Shown one piece after another: positions 11,701-21,000 of a stretch of DNA of 63,792 nt (position 1 is its first letter; each line of letters begins with the position of its first letter). The translations under genes were made by a program, and so were the position numbers. This DNA comes from Felis catus. Lineage: Eukaryota. Where the stretch lies: positions 59,830,001 through 59,893,792 of the forward strand of contig NC_058377.1 of NCBI RefSeq assembly GCF_018350175.1. Reading direction: 5' to 3'. The notes beneath the pieces were generated by a model. It worked only from the letters and a program-made list of their open reading frames with translations. It was not told where the DNA came from and ran no database searches.

Positions 11701-14700
11701 CCCCCGTGAGTATGGCAAGCACAAAAAACATCCAGGCAGAACCAGGTCCCAGTCATCCAGCCGGCACAGGTGAGTCCCCATGACCTACCTTTGGCTCCTT
11801 GCTCTCCCTGGCACCATCCTTCCTCCCTGAATCCACTGCTGCTATAGAAGGGTGGCTTACAAATGGGACTTCCTGTGGGAGAAAAGACCATTGTCAGTGT
11901 CTTGTTACCAGAGGAGAAGTCAAATACTATATAGTAATTGAAATCAGGAATCCTTATTTCTTCGAGCCTCAATTCCCCCATATTCACAATGAAGGAATTA
12001 AACCAAATAGTATTTCGGCCTTTTGCAGTATTAATGTTTTGTGATCACTTCAGAAAGACAGTTAAGTCAGGGTGATGGTGTATGGAGCTTGTTGGGGAAA
12101 TAAAGTAGGGGAATAGCATGGTTTTATCACAGAGGAAGAAAAGATTCAGCATTTTGGAGCTCCTACTTAGCTCTAGACATTGCTAACACACTTCTACTAA
12201 CTTAACTATTTAATGTTCATAACAAATTGTGAAGTAAATACTGTTATACTCATTTTACAAAAGAATCTGAGGTATTTCTGAATCACACAGCTAATAAATG
12301 GCAAAACCAGGATTTGAACCCCAGAGTTCTTGTTCTTTTTACTGTTCTAGATAGCAAAAGAGAAAACAAGTAGAGTTCTCACTGAAAACCTTTGGTTTCA
12401 CTCATTGCTTCACTGGGAAAATTTTTAAAAAGGAAACAGGTGATTTGTCATTTCAAAGAACTGACCAAAATTACTGAAATAGTAAGGATATTATCTCATG
12501 GCAGAAATAGGGTACATTGTTTGTCTACTGTTGCACGATGAATTACCCCAAAACTTGGTAGCTTATGATAGTATTTATCATTTCAGTTACTCATGGTTAA
12601 GAATCTGGGCATGACTTAACAGCATCTTCCAGCTCCAGATCTGACACAAAGCTATAGTCCTTTCAAGGCTCCACTGGAAATGATCTGCTCCCAAACTCAG
12701 TCACATGGTTGTTAGTAGGATTTAGTTCCTCGTGGGTGGTGGTGGGACTAAGGCTTCCCTCAATTCCTTTGCCATGAGAGCCTCTCCCAGGAGCATCTCA
12801 CAATGTGGAAGCTTGCTTCATCAGAGTGAACAAGCTAGAGGGCAAGAGAGAGCATGCTAGTAAGAAAGAAGTCAGTCCGGGGCGCCTGGCTGGCTCAGAA
12901 GAGCATGTGACTCTTGATCTTGGGGTCGAGAGTTCAAGCCCTATGTTGGGTATAGAGATTACTAAAAATAAATAAACTAACTAAAAAAAGAAACAAGTCG
13001 GTCTTTTATAACCTGATCCCAGGAATGGCATCCCATCACTTTTGCCATATTTTATCCATTAGAAGCAAATTACTAGGTTCTGCCTAAATTCAAGGGGAGG
13101 CATGACTACCAGGAGGCAGGAATCAATAGGAGTCCTTTCAGAAGCTGTCTACCACATAAGGAAGGATGTAGTTTATTATTTTAAGAGACAGAAAATGGGA
13201 AGGAGCTAACCTTTTGGGGGCACCCAGTCAGCTGGACACTGGAGCTATGAAAGTACCTACAAACTTTCTATATAACTCCTATATATAACTCCTAACTCCT
13301 ATATAAAGTGTTTCATAAGTTCTGAATAGCTAGACAAATGGTTGTTGCTGGATTTTGTTGCCACTCATTTGACAGATATCTGAACATCTCTGTGTTCAAG
13401 GCTCCATGCTAGGTGTCAGGGATTCCACAGCACAGAAAATAGCAGTTCTCCTACCCTAATGGAGAGGCATCTCCATGTAATATAAGTAAGTCTACAACTG
13501 CAAACTGTGATGAGTACTTCAAAGGCAAAGCATAATAGGATGATCGGATTTAGATTAGAGAATTCAGGGAAAGTGCCTCAGGAATTAATATTTCATGTGA
13601 GACTTGAAGAGTGAGAAAGAATTAACCAGGAAAAATGGATAGAAAGACTATTCTTTTTTTTTTAATTTTTTTTTTTTCTTCAACGTTTTTTATTTATTTT
13701 TGGGACAGAGAGAGACAGAGCATGAACGGGGGAGGGGCAGAGAGAGAGGGAGACACAGAATCGGAAACAGGCTCCAGGCTCCGAGCCATCAGCCCAGAGC
13801 CTGATGCGGGGCTCGAACTCACGGACCACAAGATCGTGACCTGGCTGATCGTGACCTTCAGGAACCGTCCTGAAGTCGGACGCTTAACCGACTGCGCCAC
13901 CCAGGCGCCCCTAGAAAGACTATTCTTAAAAGAAAGAACATCATGAGGCGCCTGGGTGGCTCACTGCATTAAGCATCCAATTCTTGGTCAGCTCAGGTCA
14001 TGATCTCACGGTTCATGGGTTCCAGCCCTGAGTCTGACTTCTTGCTGACAGTGCGAGGCCTCCTTGGGATTCTCTCTCTCTCCCTCTCTCTCTATCCCTC
14101 CTGTATGCATGTGTGCTCTTTCTCAAAAATAAATAAACGTTAAAAAAGGAAAAAGGGGCACCTGGGTGGCTCATTCAGTTGAGCATCTGTGAGTTTGAGC
14201 CCCGTGTCTGGCTCTGTGCTGACAGCTCAGAGCCTGGAGCCTGCTTCAGATTCTGTATCTCCCTCTCTCTCTGCCCCTCCCCCTCTGTCTCTCTCTTTTT
14301 CTCTCTCTTTCTCTCTCTCTCTCAAAAATAAACATTTAAAAGCAACAAAAAAAGAAAAAAGAAGGAACATCATATGTGAAGGGCTTTTTGTTAATGAGCT
14401 AGATTTAATGAGTATTTCTAACACAGAGCTCAGACCAGAAGAGCAAAACTCAGAGAATAATGTGGGCAGGACGAAGAGACGGAAAGTGCAAGCTCACAGG
14501 TGAGTAGATCAACCTGAAAGAACCAAATCACCTCCCCAAACCTTATTGTCCACCTACACCTGTCCTTCCCCCACTTGTGTCTTAGTTAGATCACCGAGTA
14601 CCATTGTGTCTTGATCTCATGGTCTAGACCCAGAGGGTAGTAGAGAAAAGATGTCCTTGTCCACATGTTGTCAACTAAGCAAGGAGGTAGCTCTGTAGTA

Positions 14701-17102
14701 AATCAGAATCTGAAGATGGGTACTCTGTATCTCATGGACTTCATTAAAATTGAAATCTTTTTCTGCTTTAAAGAACACTACCAAGAAAATAAAAAGACAA
14801 GTGACAGAATATGTGAGAAGATATTTGCATATCATATATCCAATAACGGACTTGTTTCTAGAATAATAGAGAAAGCTTACAGCTCAACAATAAAAAATAA
14901 CCTAATTTTTTAATGGACAAAAGATCTGAATAAACTTTCCTCCAAAGAAGGTAAACAAATGGCCAATAAGCACATGAAAAAATGCTTAATATCTTTAGCC
15001 ATTAGAGAAGAGCAAATCAAAACCACAGTGATCACACCCACTAGGATAGCTGTAATCAAAACGACAATAGCAGGGGTGCCTGGCTGGCTCAGTCAGTGGA
15101 GCATGCAACTCTTGGTCTCAAGGCTTTGAGTTCAAGCCCTACACTGGGCGTAGAATTTNNNNNNNNNNNNNNNNNNNNNNNNNNNNNNNNNNNNNNNNNN
15201 NNNNNNNNNNNNNNNNNNNNNNNNNNNNNNNNNNNNNNNNNNNNNNNNNNNNNNNNNNNNNNNNNNNNNNNNNNNNNNNNNNNNNNNNNNNNNNNNNCTT
15301 CAAAAACCTGAATATAGAGTTACCATAGGACCCGACAATTCCGCTCCTAGGAATAGACCCCAAAGAACTGGTAGCAGGTGTCCACACAAAAACGTATAGT
15401 CAAATGTTCACAGCGGCATTATTCATAATAGCCAAAAAGTGGAAACAACCCAAATGTCCATCAACTGATGAATAGATAAGCCAAATGTGGTGTATTTATA
15501 CAATAGAATATTGTTCAACCATTAAAAAAGAATGAAGTACCAACACACAATATGGATAAACCTTAAAACATGCTAAGTGAAAGTAGTCAGAAAAGACCAC
15601 ACATTATATGATTGCATTTACGTGAAATGTCCAGAATAGACAAATCCATACAGATAGAAAGTAGATGAATGGTTGCCAGGGTCCTGGTGAGGGTGGGTGT
15701 GGGAGTGACTACTAATGGGTTTAGGGGTTCTTTTGGGGGTGATAAAAATGTTCTGGAATCCGATAGTCGTGGTGGTGACACAACCCTGTGAATATCCTAA
15801 AAATGTTGAATAGTATAATAGGAAGAATTTTATGGGCTGTGCATTATATCTGAATAAGAAAAAATAATTTTAAAAACCTGAGAGAAATAATAGAACTTCT
15901 GTTCTCAGATGGTCAAGGTTAAGTGACCTCCCTCAAGTTGGGTACATCAAGTGGGAAAACCAGGACTCCAACCAGGGCTTTTGGCTCCACATCAATGAAT
16001 CCACACTCTTCTGTCCTAACTGGAGGCTCCTTTAGCCTTTGTGGCCTATTATTAATAGCTGGTCTTTATTCTCTGTCACAGGCCTTTATCCAGCTCGAAC
16101 TCTCGGCCAAACCGGAGGGGGATAGCAAAGGCAGGGCAGAGAGAACACCAGCGACCCCAGGCCCAAAGCAGTGGGGTCCAGGATAGTGCTCTGTGCCCCA
16201 TCTGCTCAGGTGAGCTGCTGGGGCATAGGGGTTATTGTGGGACTGCTAGGTATCCCTTGAGGCAGGACTAGGAGACCTGGGAATGCTGCCAGGGAACATT
16301 CGAGCTGGGACTCCTGCTCTTCTCCACACACATACAAGTCTATATTGAGGACATGCTCACATTGTGTTGGCCCAGCTGAGGCAGGGACACAGGCCCTGTC
16401 CCCAGGAGAAACATGAAACAAAACAATATAAAATACTAGCAGAGAGGGCCTAGCATTTCCTTCACAGCTTTTTTTCTCCATGTCCCAGTTTTCTAAGTCC
16501 CTGTTCAAATGGTACTTATTTGCCAAGTCTTGTCTCATCTTAGATAATCTGTCCCAACCTGCAACCCTGCAGCATTCTCTGATTCCCCAGCGCTTAGCAC
16601 TTCTCCCTTCTGCTTTGTGTCACAGTTGCTTGTGGCCTTAGCTTATCTTTACCCTTGACCTCTACAGTCCAGAAGGACAGGCCTGGGTTTACACCCCTCA
16701 GCTCCTGGCACAGTGTAAGGCATACAGTAAACCCTTGATAAATGTTTGGTGGATTCATGAGCGGATAATGTCAGGAGTAGACTACCCAGCCAGAGTAAAC
16801 TTCCTGCAAAAACAGACCGCACTGGGAGCAGGCCCAGCTTTGCTAACCTCCTTCTCTCCCCCTTAGGCTCCTTCAGCATCAAGGTTCTTCCCTGGCATGC
16901 TGCGACTTGTGGAGAGACCTCCCCACCTCACCCAGCCTCTCCCTCCTCATCACCATCTTCATCGCAGTCTGTACTGTGGGTGTCCTCCCCGGACAGCTCA
17001 CCACCCACTTCCTGGGTCCAGTGCCCTTTATGCCAGTTGGACTTCTCAGCAGGAGAAGTAGAAGAACATGCCAGCATGTGTGGGGAGTTCCCTCAGGCAT
17101 GA
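1649..17102 (+). CDS. XNDC1: XRCC1 N-terminal domain-containing protein 1 (XNDC1/XNDR), 9 coding exons, 404 aa
   Basis: Exons 1649-1693, 3712-3853, 4773-4928, 6993-7171, 11270-11352, 11597-11769, 14427-14499, 16082-16209, 16867-17102; all GT-AG, phase-consistent, 1215 nt without internal stop. Begins MAPVKISHIVSFSSQDPKYPVENLLNPD (XRCC1-NTD-like), ends CPLCQLDFSAGEVEEHASMCGEFPQA*. Confidence 0.9.
2718..2766. repeat. (CA)n microsatellite
   Basis: ~24 uninterrupted AC units. Confidence 0.95.
2966..3162 (+). mobile_element. Can-SINE (SINEC)
   Basis: tRNA-derived head, (CT)n, A-tail; TSD TTTCTCTCTCGGT. Confidence 0.88.
3712..3853 (+). CDS. XNDC1: XNDC1 coding exon 2 (DPKYPVENLL...GYIDVG)
   Basis: TTAG| acceptor, TAG|GTGAGT donor; XRCC1-NTD-like sequence. 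Confidence 0.92.
4068..4182 (+). mobile_element. Short Can-SINE
   Basis: GGGGCACCTGGCTGG head, A-rich tail. Confidence 0.8.
4773..4928 (+). CDS. XNDC1: XNDC1 coding exon 3 (NCGCAFLQIDV...GVRMFKD)
   Basis: CTCAG| acceptor, ATG|GTAAGG donor; lies within ORF 4535..5110. Confidence 0.92.
5277..5748 (+). mobile_element. MER44/Tigger7-type non-autonomous TcMar DNA transposon
   Basis: Degenerate terminal inverted repeats (CGGTAGTCGCCCTTTATCCACAG ... CACAGATGAGGAGGGACAACTG) flanked by TA; internal sequence resembles recalled MER44 consensus. Confidence 0.8.
6221..6663 (+). mobile_element. Two tandem Can-SINEs
   Basis: Heads at ~6221 and ~6436, each with (CT)n and AATAAA-rich tail. Confidence 0.88.
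6993..7171 (+). CDS. XNDC1: XNDC1 coding exon 4 (DFLAAASGEPWDRLRLTCSQPF...LSQ)
   Basis: TTCAG| acceptor, CAG|GTATGT donor; WDRxRxxCSQP motif of the XRCC1-NTD. Confidence 0.92.
8068..8258 (+). mobile_element. Can-SINE
   Basis: Typical head and tail; TSD AAG(C/T)TCCAAACATC. Confidence 0.88.
9512..10335 (+). mobile_element. Cluster of three Can-SINEs (9512-9741, 9888-10115, 10133-10335)
   Basis: Three GGGGC(A/G)CCTGGGT heads; TSDs AAAAATATTAAACGGTA and TAAAAGAATCTC. Confidence 0.9.
11270..11352 (+). CDS. XNDC1: XNDC1 coding exon 5 (GSDAQESGPSPWLANPSIRRTFFPDPQ)
   Basis: CTCAG| acceptor, AAC|GTATGT donor. Confidence 0.88.
11597..11769 (+). CDS. XNDC1: XNDC1 coding exon 6 (STKEISELRNILKQLQPG...)
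   Basis: TGCAG| acceptor, CAG|GTGAGT donor. Confidence 0.88.
12515..13155. mobile_element. MaLR (MLT1-type) LTR interrupted by a short SINE at ~12878-12990
   Basis: AATTACCCCAAAACTTGGTAGCTTA ... AGAAGCTGTCTACCACA resemble MLT1 LTR ends. Confidence 0.6.
13653..13911 (-). mobile_element. Young felid-type SINE (SINEC_Fc)
   Basis: Perfect 16-bp TSD TAGAAAGACTATTCTT; CpG-intact body. Confidence 0.92.
13946..14345 (+). mobile_element. Two Can-SINEs
   Basis: Heads ~13946 and ~14155. Confidence 0.85.
14427..14499 (+). CDS. XNDC1: XNDC1 coding exon 7 (LRPEEQNSENNVGRTKRRKVQAH), basic NLS
   Basis: CACAG| acceptor, CAG|GTGAGT donor; phase 1/2 fits neighbours. Confidence 0.85.
14730..15880 (+). mobile_element. 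Old LINE-1 3' end (L1M-type) with inserted SINE and N-gap
   Basis: ORF2-end/3'UTR motifs (GCCAAAAAGTGGAAACAACCCAAATGTCCATCAACTGATGAAT). Confidence 0.8.
16082..16209 (+). CDS. XNDC1: XNDC1 coding exon 8 (PLSSSNSRPNRR...ALCPICS)
   Basis: CACAG| acceptor, CAG|GTGAGC donor; first half of zinc finger 1. Confidence 0.87.
16867..17102 (+). CDS. XNDC1: XNDC1 coding exon 9 (end of zinc finger 1, Ser/Pro linker, zinc finger 2, stop)
   Basis: CTTAG| acceptor; SFSIKVLPWHAATCGE...WVQCPLCQLDFSAGEVEEHASMCGEFPQA-TGA. Confidence 0.87.
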
Positions 17103-17836
17103 GCCATGAGGTCCTGTGGTTTTGGCCCCCCTTTCCTCAGTGACTAAAACTGGGGAGTGGATCTCTTGACCGAGGAGAAGAGCTAATAAGGCCAGGCTGC
17201 CCTCTCTCCTTCTCTCCACTCATTCCCCCAGGACTCTGCCTCAGGGTACCTCTGGGCCCAGCCTGCTCTCCACTCCCAGTTGTCAAGGCTTCTGTCACCA
17301 TGGCACCCTGTTCTCCCAAAGACAGTTCCATCCTTTTCCCCTTTGGAACTTCTGGGATAGAATTGATGATCTCTCTGGGGCTTTGGGGCATAATCCAGAA
17401 CATCTTCCTCTCAGTGAGTGATGAGCATCCTCATGCCCATTTTCCTGAAAGGAAAACTGGACCCAGTGAAAACAGATGGGACCCTGTGGTATACTGGGAA
17501 GTTGAGTGCTTTTTGAGCTTAACTCCCAGTATCCTTGGTGGGTTCCCTCCCTACATACAATCAAGTAACAGTGTTGCTGTATGACCTTAAGCAACTTGAG
17601 TTCTTCATCTTGGACTCAATTAAGCATCCTGCTTGCAGAGCAATTCCAGAGATCAGATGGGTTAATGACTAAGGAATAGTTCTAGGCTTGGCTTTGGAAC
17701 CCTGGACAAAACCCAGTCCCCACCTGTACAATGAGGCAGTTGGACCAGAGGGTCTCTAAGGTCCCCTCCACCTATAACATTCTAAATTCTATTCCCACAC
17801 CTTCCTTGAGCAACTGTGTCCTCTCCCCTTTCCCAG

Positions 17837-17880
17837 AAGTTTTCACTGTGTGGTATTCATCAGTTCCTCTGGTCTCCAGG
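17837..17880 (+). other. Relic of the XNDC1-TRPC2 read-through linker exon
   Basis: CCCCTTTCCCAG| acceptor and weak AGG|GTACAG donor; 3' part encodes VPLVSR, resembling the recalled mouse long-Trpc2 linker ...VPLVPK. Confidence 0.55.
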
Positions 17881-18035
17881 GTACAGGGCAAAGGGGGAGC
17901 AGCTGGTCCTGGCAAAGGGAGGGCCAAGGGCGGGGTTTTGAACTCAAGTGTAGGAAAGAGGAAGCTGGGCACAGTCAGGGGAGTAGCCAGAGCAGTTCAG
18001 TCCTTCGGTCCCTGCCAGCCTAGGTGGGTGCAGCC

Positions 18036-18050
18036 ATGGACCTCCTCACG
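18036..18050 (+). CDS. TRPC2: TRPC2 first coding exon (MDLLT)
   Basis: GCCATGG Kozak; ACG|GTAAGA donor; equivalent to recalled rodent MDPLS start. Confidence 0.8.
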
Positions 18051-21000
18051 GTAAGAGGCCTGTTCTCCTACCATCCCTCATCCTGGTCCCATTTCTGACC
18101 ATGATTAAAACAGTAGATTGAGCCACAGGGACAGTAAGGATATCCTAGTTGCCATGGAGGTGATGAACATTGCCATGTTGGTGGAGGAGAGCCCTTGGAG
18201 TCCCGAGCCTGGGCCCAGAGAGGAGCCCTGGGGGTGGGCTAGGCCTGGTACAAGAGAAGGACAAGACAGCACTGAGGGAGAAATGCTACCGAAAGCAGGA
18301 TTGGGCAACGCCAAGGTAGGTTGGTGGGGAAGGAGCATTGGGATGTTCTAGGAGGCCAGGACAGAGCTGAGGGGCTTGGAGAAAGCCCAGTTCAAAGACC
18401 CTCCTGTGTGGACATGTCTGGACCTGTCCTTCGGAGGCTCTGGGACTCTCAGAGGGATGAGCAGCTGGAAGATGAAGTCAACAAGATGGGAGCTGGGTCC
18501 TGGGCAGATCCTGTGGTAGATTCCGAGCATGGCCCTGTCCACCTGCTTTAACCTACCCTTTTTCAGGGTGCCCATGCTAGCCCAATGTGTGCAGGTTCCT
18601 GTGAGGGTAGAAGTTGTGCTGGGGAAGGGATCCCCAGCCAGACCCAGGCCTGGCACTGCCTTTAAGGATCTACACAATAAAGTGGTGACTAAGAAAATGT
18701 TGGTAGGGGCGCCTGGGTGGCGCAGTCGGTTAAGCGTCCGACTTCAGCCAGGTCACGATCTCACGGTCCGTGAGTTCGAGCCCCGCGTCAGGCTCTGGGC
18801 TGATGGCTCAGAGCCTGGAGCCTGTTTCCGATTCTGTGTCTCCCTCTTTCTCTGACCCTCCCCCGTTCATGCTCTGTCTCTCTCTGTCCCAAAAATAAAT
18901 AAACGTTGGAAAAAAAAAAAAAAAAGAAAATGTTGGTAATCTTCAGTGCTGCTGGCCTTTAAGATGGAGGCAGGTAGCCGTAAACTAAGGAATAAAGGGA
19001 ACATAGCTTTAGAAGCTGGAATGGGATTTTCCCTTAGAGCCACCCTCTCCTGCCAATACCTGGACTTTTTAGCCCAATGATACCAATTTCTGAATTCTGA
19101 CCTCTAGAACTGTAAGAATAAATTTGTATAGTTTTAAGCTAATGGTTTTTAAAAAGAGAAAGATGCTTTTGTCAAGCAAGACCAATTTTCTTAATATCAG
19201 TATTTCAGTAAATGAGATTATTTACTAAAAGCTTACAAAATCTATACAAGAAACTACTATGGTATGAAAAGGTATTTCCAAAATGATTGATTCCCAAAAA
19301 AAACATGGCAATGAAATTTATCCCCTACACAGACATAATTTTGGGGGGACATTCATGTCATTATATAAGATGATTACATTGGATAAAACATATATACAAA
19401 GTGTAGGATGTACATTTGACACAGAGTTTAATTTCAGATAAAGGTGGTAGCATTGTTAATTTCCTTCTTAAAAGAAGAAAGTGGAATCATTTATTTGTAT
19501 TATTACATCCCACATTTTTGATGTTTCAAATAAGTAAAGATTCCAGAAATCCAAAACTAGTAACAATAATTCCTATTTGAGTTGAGAAGTATCATAAAAG
19601 TAGTTAAGAACACTAACTCCTAAGCCAGACTACCTGGGTCCATATCTCATCAAAGTGGCTTAGCATGTCTGTATATCAGTTTCCTCTCCTGTTGAAGGGG
19701 GTGTGATCACTCCTACCTTACAGGGTTATTGTAAGGATAGTTACTGTACTTGTGAAGTGCTCAGATAATGAGCATATATAGGCACCACACTAAATGTCCT
19801 TTGAAAGCAACACTGTTAGTATGTGTTTGGGCTAAAGCAAAATAGAACAGTGGCTGGGTTGAGGGCTTAAAGATGGAAGGGTGAGGGAGGCCTCAGAGCA
19901 AAGGGGGTTGGAGACTGGGGATCCCACCCTCTCCATCCTTTATCCAGCCACAGCCCAACTGGACGGAGATTGTCAACAAAAAGCTAAAGTTCCCACCTCC
20001 GCTCCTGACTGCCATCCAGGAGGGCCGCCTGGGCCTAGTGCAGCACCTGCTGGAGTCCGGGGTGGAGGCTTCAGGCAGCGGGCCAGGCGGGCCCCTGAGG
20101 AACGTGGAGGAGGCCGAGGACCGCTCCTGGAGGGAAGCTCTCAATCTGGCCATCCGGCTGGGCCACGAGGCCATCACTGATGTGCTGTTGGCCAATGTCA
20201 AGTTTGACTTCCGGCAGATCCATGAGGCACTGCTAGTGGCAGTGGACACAAACCAGCCAGCAGCGGTGCGTCGCCTGCTGGCCCGGCTGGAACGGGAGAA
20301 GGGCCGCAAAGTGGACACTAGGTCTTTCTCACTGGCTTTCTTTGACTCCTCAATTGATGGCTCACGCTTTGCCCCTGGTGTCACTCCACTCACCCTGGCC
20401 TGCCAGAAGGATCTGTATGAGATCGCACAGTTGCTCATGGACCAGGGCCACACCATTGCCCGGCCCCACCCGGTCTCCTGTGCCTGCCTCGAGTGCAGCA
20501 ATGCCCGCCGCTACGACCTGCTGAAGTTCTCCCTGTCCCGCATCAACACCTACCGCGGCATTGCCAGCAGGGCCCACCTCTCGCTGGCCAGTGAGGATGC
20601 CATGCTGGCTGCCTTCCAGCTCAGCCGGGAGCTCAGGCGCCTTGCACGCAAGGAACCTGAGTTTAAGGTTGGTTTCTCATACTTTCTCCTGCCCTTGGCC
20701 CCCTGCATCTGTCCTTCCACATGGTCAGGGGTAGGCTCGTGGTGGGTGTTCCAGGAAGTGGAAAACAACAGAAAGATAATGAGACCTAGTTCTGTTCTCA
20801 GTAAATCTCCATTTATATGGGAAGAGAGCCATCACTCTAGGGCCACCTAGATTTATGGGGCAGCACAAACCCCACCCTAGGGATGCCCTGGGTCTGTCTG
20901 AGGAAGGAGGGAGAGCACAGATAGAAAAGCAGCTAAACAGACTTAGAGATGACATTCAGTGGGACCCGTCCCTTCTTTAAAAAAATTTCTTAATGTTTAT

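Noticed and set aside
15159-15297. N-runs (also ~32807-32950, 39132-39273, 62618-62801, 63617-63751) and ORFs crossing them
   Set aside because: Assembly gaps; none interrupts a predicted coding exon.
19893-20501. 202-aa minus-strand ORF, and similar antisense ORFs at 27801-28325, 33864-34430, 51302-51724, 57284-57673
   Set aside because: Shadow ORFs opposite GC-rich coding exons; no independent splice or start evidence.
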